A stretch of DNA of 25,247 nucleotides from positions 1 to 25,247 of IMG/VR virus record IMGVR_UViG_3300044267_000176; one strand, 5' to 3'. The position numbers were made by a program, and so were the translations under genes. The notes beneath the pieces are model-generated. The model saw only the letters and a list, made by a program, of their open reading frames with translations, did not search any database and was not told where the DNA came from. Shown here piece after piece: positions 1 through 7,768 of this stretch. The stretch is from a virus (Duplodnaviria; Caudoviricetes). Each line of letters opens with the position of its first letter. The first letter of the stretch is position 1.

Positions 1-1
1 T

Positions 2-250
2 CGAAAACTATCTATGACTTGTCAGTTAACAGATGGTTCAGAATATAAAGGTGGTGAATTAGAATTTGATTTTAGAAATTATGATCCACATATGCGCGAT
101 GAATCAAAACATAGAATACAATGTAAAGAGATATTACCAAAAGGTTCTATTATTGTATTCCCTTCATTTGTGTGGCATAGAGTTAAACCAGTAACATCAG
201 GCACAAGATATAGTCTTGTGGTATGGCATTTAGGGAGGCCTTTTAGATAA
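2..250 (+). CDS. 2OG-Fe(II) oxygenase (PKHD/prolyl-4-hydroxylase-like), 5'-truncated by window edge
   Basis: The frame is open from base 2 (RKLSMTCQL...). It carries YxGGELEF and IIVFPSFVWHRVKPVTSGTRYSLVVW, i.e. the distal Fe-ligand His and the 2OG-binding R-x-S. Confidence 0.9.
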   Translation, partial: RKLSMTCQLTDGSEYKGGELEFDFRNYDPHMRDESKHRIQCKEILPKGSIIVFPSFVWHRVKPVTSGTRYSLVVWHLGRPFR

Positions 251-882
251 TGTATATAAATAACTATTTTAACACAACCATTTGGTCAGAACACAAACCA
301 GAGTTTGTAAAATCTTTAAACAAAGCTAGTAATAAATATATTGCTGAAGCTAGAAAAAGAGAAAAGAAAAGAATAAAAGAATTTGGTGATTTTGGTACAA
401 GTTATCATTCAACACCATTAACAGCTGACAATGACTTTTTAGATTTTAGAAATTACATTGGTCAAAAATCTTGGGAATATTTAGATCACCAAGGTTATGA
501 TATGTCACAATACACAACTCTGTTCAGTGAGTTATGGGTACAAGAGTTTGCTAAAAAAGGTGGTGGTCATCATTCAGCACACGTGCATTGGAATCAACAC
601 GTATCAGGTTTTTACTTTTTAAAATGTAGTGATAAAACTTCTTACCCTGTATTTCACGAACCGAGAACCGGGGCAAGAAGTACAAAGTTAAAATTAAAAC
701 CAGACCTTAAAGGTGTATGGGGTGGCACAGAACTAATTCATTTTAAACCTACACCAGGTACATTAATTATATTTCCAGGGTTCTTGGAACACGAATATGC
801 AGTAGATTTTGGAATAGAACCTTTTAGATTTATACATTGGAACATACAAGCTGTACCAAAACAAATGGCTAAAGATGTTTAA
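250..882 (+). CDS. Putative 2OG-Fe(II) oxygenase (TIGR02466-like phage family)
   Basis: Motifs WVQ...HSAHVHWNQHVSGFYFL and PGTLIIFPGFLEHEY...RFIHWN match the HxH...SGxYY / PGxLxxFPxxLxH pattern. TAATG overlap with the upstream stop. Confidence 0.8.
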   Translation: MYINNYFNTTIWSEHKPEFVKSLNKASNKYIAEARKREKKRIKEFGDFGTSYHSTPLTADNDFLDFRNYIGQKSWEYLDHQGYDMSQYTTLFSELWVQEFAKKGGGHHSAHVHWNQHVSGFYFLKCSDKTSYPVFHEPRTGARSTKLKLKPDLKGVWGGTELIHFKPTPGTLIIFPGFLEHEYAVDFGIEPFRFIHWNIQAVPKQMAKDV

Positions 883-1495
883 AAAGAAAAAGTATACAGT
901 TATCCGTCAAGCAATATCAAAAGACCTAGCAGCTTTTGTTGCAAATTATTTTTTAATGCAAAAGCAAGTATATGATACTTGTAAAGAACGTAAATATTTT
1001 TCACCATTTGAAACTATTATAGGATATTATGAATCAGAGAATGAACAGATTCCAAACACATATTCTCAATATGCTAATATGGCTATGGAAACATTGTTAT
1101 TAAAATGTTTACCAGATATGGAAAAAGCAACAGGATTAAAATTATATCCTGCATATACATATGCTAGAATATATAAAAAAGGTGATGTATTAAAAAGACA
1201 CAAAGACAGATTTAGTTGTGAGATATCTACTACTATGAATTTGGGTGGTGATGATTGGCCGATATACTTAGAGCCATCTGGAGAAGTTGGTAAGAAAGGT
1301 ATCAAAGTAGATTTAAAACCAGGAGATATGCTGGTTTATTCTGGTTGTGAGCTAGAACATTGGAGAGAAAAATTCAAAGGCAAAGAATGCGTACAAGTTT
1401 TCCTGCATTATAACAATCGTAAGACCCCTGGATCGAAGGATAATATGTTTGACAAACGTCCACATTTAGGACTTCCTTCTTGGTTTAAACGATGA
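875..1495 (+). CDS. Putative 2OG-Fe(II) oxygenase (phage family)
   Basis: YTYARIY...LKRHKDRFSCEIS (HxD), LKPGDMLVYSGCELEHWRE (distal His) and QVFLHY are double-stranded beta-helix oxygenase motifs. Confidence 0.8.
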   Translation: MFKKKKYTVIRQAISKDLAAFVANYFLMQKQVYDTCKERKYFSPFETIIGYYESENEQIPNTYSQYANMAMETLLLKCLPDMEKATGLKLYPAYTYARIYKKGDVLKRHKDRFSCEISTTMNLGGDDWPIYLEPSGEVGKKGIKVDLKPGDMLVYSGCELEHWREKFKGKECVQVFLHYNNRKTPGSKDNMFDKRPHLGLPSWFKR

Positions 1496-1501
1496 TATAA
1501 T
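1493..1501 (+). promoter_or_regulatory. Putative extended -10 promoter (TGnTATAAT) for the tail operon
   Basis: TGATATAAT at 1493-1501 overlaps the oxygenase stop and lies 60 nt upstream of the next ATG. No good -35 is seen. Confidence 0.45.
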
Positions 1502-1509
1502 TCTTTGAT

Positions 1510-1543
1510 GGAGGCAGGGATCCACCACATACCCCCTGCTTCC
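1510..1543 (+). other. GC-rich intergenic stem-loop with a 14-nt C/A-rich loop
   Basis: GGAGGCAGGG (1510-1519) pairs with CCCTGCTTCC (1534-1543) with one G-U pair. Loop is ATCCACCACATACC. Only a weak U-tract follows. Confidence 0.6.
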
Positions 1544-1561
1544 TTCTAAGGATTATATTAT

Positions 1562-2014
1562 ATGTTATTAGGATTTGGAGCATTTGGCGAACTACCGATA
1601 TCAACATCGGGTCAAGATGGGAGCGTAACTATTGCTGTTACTAAAAGCTCATTGGTTCTTAATATAGGTAACCCAGGAATTACAGCTGATTCAATTGTAG
1701 AGATTCCTACTCCAAGTCAGGTAACTTTAGGAATTGGGACTGTTGTAATTACAGCAGATGGTAATGTTAGCCCTACTAAATCTTCCCTTGTTTTAGGTAC
1801 TGGAAACGTTACTGTTAGCGCCGGTGCTACTGTGTCACCTACAAAGAGTGGGTTTACAATTAGCTCTGGAACTGTTACAATAACAGGTGGAGCAGTTGTT
1901 GATCCTACAAAATCAACATTTACATTGGCTTCAGGAACTGCACAAGCAATTGTATGGAGTGAAATTATTCCAGGTGTAAGTGCAACTTGGATACCAATAG
2001 ACCCAGGAATATAA
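1562..2014 (+). CDS. Virion structural protein with about five tandem 22-aa repeats (PTKS...)
   Basis: T/S/G/V-rich, with PTKSxxxLxxGxVxxxxxxxVx repeats and a C-terminal W..I...W motif. It is the first gene of the tail block. Confidence 0.65.
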   Translation: MLLGFGAFGELPISTSGQDGSVTIAVTKSSLVLNIGNPGITADSIVEIPTPSQVTLGIGTVVITADGNVSPTKSSLVLGTGNVTVSAGATVSPTKSGFTISSGTVTITGGAVVDPTKSTFTLASGTAQAIVWSEIIPGVSATWIPIDPGI

Positions 2015-2018
2015 AATT

Positions 2019-2753
2019 ATGGCATCAACTTATAGTACAAATACCAAATTAGAATTAGTAACAACAGGTGAGAAAGCCGGACAATGGGGTGGAATCACTA
2101 ATACAAACCTACAGATTTTAGAACAAGCAGCTACAGGATATCTAGCAATAGATATGGCTGGTGCAAGTGTTACACTTGCTTTAACTGATGGTGCTACTTC
2201 AAATGGTAAAAATATATATTTAAAATTAACAGGCACTTTAAGTGCTAATAGAACATTAACAATGCCATCGGGTGCAGAAAGAATATGGATTGTTGAAGAT
2301 GCTACAGACAGAAATGGAACTAATAAATATACTTTAGGTATATTAACTGCTTCTGGTACTACTACATATATACCTAATAAATCAGTAGTTTTATGTAGAT
2401 CTGATGGAACTAATACAAATGTTACGCTTTTGCAAGAAGGATTATATGCTATTGATAATACTTATTCTCCTTATACAGCTGTCTCTGGAGACCAAATTTT
2501 TGTTGATACTTCAACAAGTGCGGTTACAGTGGCACTGCCAGCTTCACCTTCTGTAGGTGATCTAGTTACAATTATTGATTCAAGAGGAAATTTTAATTCT
2601 AATAATGTAACTATAGATAGAAATGGATCTAAGATTATGAGTGCTACATCTAATGATACTCTAGATGTTAATGGTCAATCAGTAACACTTATATATTTAG
2701 ACGCAACTAGAGGCTGGGCTTATAAATCTAATACTGAAGTATTCCCAACTTAG
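2019..2753 (+). CDS. Tail fibre/baseplate-like structural protein
   Basis: N-terminal MASTYS..LEL..TGE..G.WG..TN.NL tail-attachment-type motif. C-terminal DTSTSAVTVALPASPSVGDLVTIID...NNVTIDRNG...GW module resembles T4 gp34/gp9-like fibre repeats. Confidence 0.7.
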   Translation: MASTYSTNTKLELVTTGEKAGQWGGITNTNLQILEQAATGYLAIDMAGASVTLALTDGATSNGKNIYLKLTGTLSANRTLTMPSGAERIWIVEDATDRNGTNKYTLGILTASGTTTYIPNKSVVLCRSDGTNTNVTLLQEGLYAIDNTYSPYTAVSGDQIFVDTSTSAVTVALPASPSVGDLVTIIDSRGNFNSNNVTIDRNGSKIMSATSNDTLDVNGQSVTLIYLDATRGWAYKSNTEVFPT

Positions 2754-2764
2754 GAGCTGAAAAG

Positions 2765-5026
2765 ATGGCTCTTACATCTATTAAATTTTTACCTGGAATA
2801 GATAAGCAAGACACAAGTGTCGGTGCTAATGGTCGATGGGTAGATTCCGATAACACAAGATTTAGATACGGTCTTCCTGAAAAAGTAGGAGGATGGCAAT
2901 CTTTATTAACCAGCACTCTTCATGGAGTAGCTAGAAAAATTCACGCATTTGTTGATACAGATGGTAATAGATACGTTGCCATAGGTACAGATAAATTTTT
3001 ACTTATATATTTTGAAGGAAATATATATGACATAACTCCTTTTAGATCTAATAATGCAGGGACGCCTACTACAATTAGTGCAACCCTATCTACAAGTACG
3101 GCTACCGGAACTTCAATTACGGTAACTACTTCTGCGTCTCATAGTATTGAAGTAGGGGATATGATTGTATTTGATAGTGTAACAATGCCTACAGGTTCGT
3201 CTTTGTCAGCTACTCTTTTTGAAGATAAAGTTTGTCAAGTTATTACTGTTCCTAGTGATACTACTTTTACAATTACATCACCAACTGCAGAAGCAAATGG
3301 AGGAGGTGCTACTTTAACTTCTGGAAGTTCTGTAACTCTTAAACCTTATGTAAGAATAGGCCCAGCCGCACAATCATATGGTTATGGTTTTGGTATTGGA
3401 AATTATGGTGGAACAATTACAGGATCAACAAGTACAGAATTAAATGGAGCGTTAAACGCTGACACTGCTGGTACAGGTGGAGTAGGAACCGCTGTTACAG
3501 TAGATGATACAACAGGGTTTGCATCAGCAGGAACTATTGCTGTTGGCACAGTGCCAAACGCAGAGTTAATTACCTACACATCAAAAAGTTCAACACAATT
3601 TTTAGGTATTACTAGAGGTGCTTCTGGAACTGCAACTCCAGGAACTTCAAATGGACAAGCTCACTTAACTAATTCAACAGTTCAAGATGCTACGAACTGG
3701 ACTGGTTGGGGAGATGCTGTTAAAGCATCATCAGTTACACTAGAACCAGGACTTTGGTCTTTAAGTAACTGGGGACAAGTTTTAGTTGCTACAGTTGCTG
3801 ATGGAAAAACTTATACATGGGATCCTTCTATTGCTGCAAAATTTACAACGCCTGCTGGAATGCTAACAACTAATTATGTAACTGCTATAAGTGGAACTGT
3901 TGGAAATCCAACAGCTTCAAGACTAACTTTAATATCTCCCACAACACGTCACTTAATTCATCTTGGAACTGAAACAACTATTGGTGATCCTACAACCCAA
4001 GACAATATGTTTATTAGGTTCTCGGACCAAGGATCGGTTAATACCTATGCTCCTTCAGCGGACAATAGTGCTGGAACTTATCGTCTACAAGATGGTACAA
4101 AAATTATGGGAGCAATCGTTGCAAAAGAAAATATTCTAGTGTGGACTGATAATGCTTTATACTCAATGAAATTTGTTGGGTCTCCTTTCACCTTTGGATT
4201 TGAACAGGTTGGTACAAACTGTGGTTTAATTGGACAGAATGCATGTTGTGAAATTGATGGTGTAGCTTATTGGGTAGGAAATAATGGTTTCTTTGCATTT
4301 GATGGTACAGTAAACTCACTACCTTGTTCAGTAGAAGACTATGTCTATGATGATTTTGATACCACTAAAGGCCAACAAGTAGCTGCAGGAATTAATAATC
4401 TATTTACCGAAGTCGTTTGGTATTATCCATCTTCAGGTTCTGATTATAATGATAAGTATGTAGTATTTAATTATGGAGAGTCTAAACAAGTTCCTATGGG
4501 AAATTGGTACACAGGAACTAATACTAATTCAATAAGAACTTCTTGGATTGATGCAATCGTTTATCCAAAACCATATTCAACTGCGTTTAAGAATTCAGCT
4601 GATGGTACTTTTCCTGATGTAGTAGGATCTACAGATTTAGGACAGACTACTTTTTATCAACAAGAAACAGGAACCGATCAAGTTAACCCAGATGGTAGTA
4701 CAACTGCTTTAACTTCATATATTACATCATATGATATTGCCTTACAGCAAGATCAACCAGAACTTTTTTTAGCTATGAGAAGATTTGTTCCAGACTTTAA
4801 AACTTTAACAGGTAATGCAAAAGTAACTATTGGATTAAAAGATTATCCTTCTTCAACAGGAGGCAATAGTACCTATAGTCCATTTACAATTACATCTGCT
4901 ACAACTAAAGAAGATACTAGAGCTAGAGGAAGATATGTTAATGTAAAGATTGAAAATGATGGCACAGGAGAAGCGTGGAGATTTGGAACTTTCCAAATAG
5001 ATTTACAACCGGATGGGAGAAGATAA
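2765..5026 (+). CDS. Tail protein, probable nozzle/head-tail (P22 gp10 / T7 gp12-like beta-propeller) with inserted decoration domains
   Basis: 753 aa, beta-rich. N-terminal F.PG.DK.......G.WVDSDNTRFRYGLPEKVGGW, IRFSDQ and NCGLIG motifs, and C-terminal RARGRY...WRFG..QIDLQPDGRR, are typical of marine podophage tail proteins. AGGAG RBS upstream. Confidence 0.7.
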   Translation: MALTSIKFLPGIDKQDTSVGANGRWVDSDNTRFRYGLPEKVGGWQSLLTSTLHGVARKIHAFVDTDGNRYVAIGTDKFLLIYFEGNIYDITPFRSNNAGTPTTISATLSTSTATGTSITVTTSASHSIEVGDMIVFDSVTMPTGSSLSATLFEDKVCQVITVPSDTTFTITSPTAEANGGGATLTSGSSVTLKPYVRIGPAAQSYGYGFGIGNYGGTITGSTSTELNGALNADTAGTGGVGTAVTVDDTTGFASAGTIAVGTVPNAELITYTSKSSTQFLGITRGASGTATPGTSNGQAHLTNSTVQDATNWTGWGDAVKASSVTLEPGLWSLSNWGQVLVATVADGKTYTWDPSIAAKFTTPAGMLTTNYVTAISGTVGNPTASRLTLISPTTRHLIHLGTETTIGDPTTQDNMFIRFSDQGSVNTYAPSADNSAGTYRLQDGTKIMGAIVAKENILVWTDNALYSMKFVGSPFTFGFEQVGTNCGLIGQNACCEIDGVAYWVGNNGFFAFDGTVNSLPCSVEDYVYDDFDTTKGQQVAAGINNLFTEVVWYYPSSGSDYNDKYVVFNYGESKQVPMGNWYTGTNTNSIRTSWIDAIVYPKPYSTAFKNSADGTFPDVVGSTDLGQTTFYQQETGTDQVNPDGSTTALTSYITSYDIALQQDQPELFLAMRRFVPDFKTLTGNAKVTIGLKDYPSSTGGNSTYSPFTITSATTKEDTRARGRYVNVKIENDGTGEAWRFGTFQIDLQPDGRR

Positions 5027-5190
5027 TGGCAAAGATAGTAATAAGATTACCAGAACCTAAAAAAGAATATAGTGAAGATAATCAAAGACAAATTAACAGA
5101 TCTTTAACATCTTTAATTGAACAGTTAAATTCTACATACCAACAACCAAACAAGGATGATCAGGAAAGGTTAAATTTCTTTTTAAGCTAA
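5026..5190 (+). CDS. Small hypothetical virion protein (54 aa, MAKIVIRLPEP...)
   Basis: The likely start is the ATG at 5026 (TAATG overlap with the upstream stop) rather than 4975. It is also coupled by TAATG to the next gene. Confidence 0.65.
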   Translation: MAKIVIRLPEPKKEYSEDNQRQINRSLTSLIEQLNSTYQQPNKDDQERLNFFLS

Positions 5191-5546
5191 TGTCAAACGT
5201 ATATAAAAATGTTCAAGCTAAAGTAACATCTGCAGGATCATATGATGATATGTATGAATCCCCTACAGCTACGACTTCCATAATAAAAAGCATTAAATTA
5301 TTTAATACTCATGGATCAGCTTTAGATGTAGATATTAAAGTATATGATGCTTCATCTACCACGGATTATGAGTGGGATAAGGTCAATGTATTGGCTAGTG
5401 GAAGCGTTAGTTTATTGACTTTTAACAACCTCATTATTCTGGAAGCAGGTGATAAATTAAAGATGCAATGTGCCACAGGAAATGTTATAAAAATGACTGC
5501 CGCTTTACTACAAATTACTAGACCGGCTGAGGTTACACAAACATAG
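5190..5546 (+). CDS. Small beta-rich structural protein
   Basis: MSNVYKN...Y.SP...TSIIKSI.L.N...LIILEAGDKLK pattern, common in phage tail modules. Translationally coupled. Confidence 0.65.
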   Translation: MSNVYKNVQAKVTSAGSYDDMYESPTATTSIIKSIKLFNTHGSALDVDIKVYDASSTTDYEWDKVNVLASGSVSLLTFNNLIILEAGDKLKMQCATGNVIKMTAALLQITRPAEVTQT

Positions 5547-5553
5547 GAGAAAT

Positions 5554-5802
5554 ATGCCTTTCATAGAACAAGAAGCTAAAAGCGAATATAAAAAAATAGA
5601 TGGAAAAAGAACTCACGTTATTACACCAGAAGTAGAAGTAACACTTACTAATACTGAAAGTGGACATGAATATATGTCAGATAAAGAAGCTGACGATGAT
5701 GTAGATAATCCATCTACAGCTACTAAAAGAGAACATATCAGAAGAGATGTGCATGTTAAGGTAGCTCAAATAAATTTAGGTGCTGACTCAGGAGAGTTGT
5801 AA
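5554..5802 (+). CDS. Hypothetical phage protein (82 aa)
   Basis: Strong AGGAG RBS at about 5545-5549. Fills the gap in the structural operon. Confidence 0.7.
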   Translation: MPFIEQEAKSEYKKIDGKRTHVITPEVEVTLTNTESGHEYMSDKEADDDVDNPSTATKREHIRRDVHVKVAQINLGADSGEL

Positions 5803-5825
5803 AACCAAAGAAAATAGGATATTTT
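5797..5825 (+). promoter_or_regulatory. Possible sigma70-like promoter for the internal-protein genes
   Basis: TTGTAA (5797-5802), 17 nt, TATTTT (5820-5825), ending 8 nt before the ATG at 5834. Confidence 0.3.
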
Positions 5826-5833
5826 AAAAGACT

Positions 5834-7768
5834 ATGGCAATTACAGATATTATAGAAGAATCTTCCATGATAGACACTGGTGCTCCAAGCATCAAGTACG
5901 AAGGAGAAAGACCTCTTAAGAAACCAGAAATGCTAATGGCGGGTCCTGATTGGTATTTAAAAAGAATGCAATTACTGATGGATGAATACGGCTATGACTA
6001 TGATGAAGCTGGTGAAATAGCTTACGATAGTGATAAGTATTATGAAGTTATAGGCATTGATCCAGGTGGCATGGGTGATGAATCACGGATCATGGAACAA
6101 GGAATTCCTAATACAAAAATAATTAAAAATCAGCCACATATGTTGGCTTACATCACTCCAGGCGAAGCGGACACATTAAAAGATTTAGGTGGTCAAGAAA
6201 CTATGACCGAAGAAGGTGTACCTGCGTTTCCATATCAGGACTGGGAGGGTTATTCTTCTCCATCAAAATCTTCTAAGCCAACACCTTCTCCAGCTGAAAC
6301 TAATCGAGAACGAGGAATAAGAGCTCACGCTACAACGGGTTCATCAAATATACATAATGTAGGTAAAGCGGAAGACCCTTATATAATGAGTGGGGGAGAC
6401 AGACATTATCAAGGTTCTGATACATACGAAAAAGAAATTAAAAAATCACAAGACATAGTTAAAGCACATCAAGACAAAACACCTTTTGTCCACCCAACAA
6501 GAAAAGTTTTATATGATGTATTTCCTAATAATCCTGGAAATGAATTACGTTATATACAACATTTAAAAACTAATAATCCTGTAGCTTATGGTAAACTACC
6601 TCCAGAGTTAAGAGCTCTATATGAAGAAACAGAAACAGGCGGAGATATGGACACAAGAAGTTATAAAGATTTTGATAAATTTTCTTTTGATGATTTTGAA
6701 TCTTTAAGAACTTTTGATCCTAGTAAGTATGGTTTAGATGCAATTAATTTTGCAGATTATGCAGCAAAATATCGTGGTGCACCTGGATTAAAATATTCTG
6801 GTAATGTAGGTAATTTAGAAAAATTTGTTGAAACTTGGACAATACATCCTGTCACTGGAAAAAAAATTCCGGCTACTTATGGCTACAAAGAAAAAACTGG
6901 TGATGGCCCCGATGAACCAGAATGGAGACGATTAGGTTATAGTAGTCAAGATGAGTATGAAAGAAGCAGAGGTGGTGGATCCGGTGGAGGCGGAGGCGGC
7001 TCCGATGATGATGACGAAGACGATTGGTACATGCCTCTAGCATTTAGAGCTGAAGGTGGTAGAGTTGGAAGAGCTTACGGTGGAATCATGGGCGATGATG
7101 GTAGACGTGCTTATGGTTTAGGAAGTATATTTAAAAAAATTAAAAAAGTATTTAAAAGTCCGATAGGTAAAGCTGCACTATTGGGTTTAGGTGGATATAA
7201 AATGGGAATTTTTGGTGGTGGTGGAAAAAACTTTAAGATGATGGAAATGATTATGGGTAAAGGCGGTAAAGGTGGTCTATGGAATTGGGCTAAAGCTAAT
7301 CCTTTTGCAGCGATCAGTGGTGCAAGTGCCTTATCAGGTTTAATGGCTGCTAAAGATTATAAAAAATATGATGACTGGAATAATGAGGATGACGGTACTG
7401 GTCTTGGAGATTTAAATCAATATAGACAGTATGGAATTCAAGCTTTTGCTGAAGGTGGGAAACCTGAAGCAGGGCTCATGGACATGGGTGGTATGGAAAA
7501 AGATTATAGAGAAGAAGGTGGCTTTGTACCTATCGGTGGAAAAGAAAAAGCAGATGATGTCCCTGCAAGATTAAGTAAAAATGAATTCGTATTTACAGCT
7601 GATGCTGTAAGAGGCGCTGGTGAGGGAGATATAGACAAAGGCGCAGAAGTTATGTATAATATGATGAAAAACCTTGAAGCCGGAGGTCAAGTATCAGAAG
7701 AATCGCAAGGCTTAGATGGCGCTAGAGAAATGTTTCAAACATCACAAAGATTAGAGGAAGTATTATAA
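5834..7768 (+). CDS. Probable internal virion / DNA ejection protein (mosaic, 644 aa)
   Basis: Lies after the tail genes. Contains HMLAYITPGEA..LK.LGG and DDVPARLSKNEFVFTADAVR motifs, repeated AEGG/AYGG motifs and Gly-rich hydrophobic segments. Confidence 0.6.
   Translation: MAITDIIEESSMIDTGAPSIKYEGERPLKKPEMLMAGPDWYLKRMQLLMDEYGYDYDEAGEIAYDSDKYYEVIGIDPGGMGDESRIMEQGIPNTKIIKNQPHMLAYITPGEADTLKDLGGQETMTEEGVPAFPYQDWEGYSSPSKSSKPTPSPAETNRERGIRAHATTGSSNIHNVGKAEDPYIMSGGDRHYQGSDTYEKEIKKSQDIVKAHQDKTPFVHPTRKVLYDVFPNNPGNELRYIQHLKTNNPVAYGKLPPELRALYEETETGGDMDTRSYKDFDKFSFDDFESLRTFDPSKYGLDAINFADYAAKYRGAPGLKYSGNVGNLEKFVETWTIHPVTGKKIPATYGYKEKTGDGPDEPEWRRLGYSSQDEYERSRGGGSGGGGGGSDDDDEDDWYMPLAFRAEGGRVGRAYGGIMGDDGRRAYGLGSIFKKIKKVFKSPIGKAALLGLGGYKMGIFGGGGKNFKMMEMIMGKGGKGGLWNWAKANPFAAISGASALSGLMAAKDYKKYDDWNNEDDGTGLGDLNQYRQYGIQAFAEGGKPEAGLMDMGGMEKDYREEGGFVPIGGKEKADDVPARLSKNEFVFTADAVRGAGEGDIDKGAEVMYNMMKNLEAGGQVSEESQGLDGAREMFQTSQRLEEVL
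6971..7023 (+). repeat. Low-complexity Gly run followed by an acidic run (GGGSGGGGGGSDDDDEDD), in frame
   Basis: GGN and GAY/GAR codon runs with mixed synonymous codons, which points to a protein-level linker. Confidence 0.7.

Noticed and set aside
1066-2916. Minus-strand ORFs 1066-1305, 2030-2236 and 2728-2916
   Set aside because: They are antisense shadows of well-supported plus-strand genes, with no recognisable motifs.
6971-7023. Phase-variable microsatellite
   Set aside because: Synonymous codons are mixed and in frame, consistent with a protein linker rather than a slippage tract.
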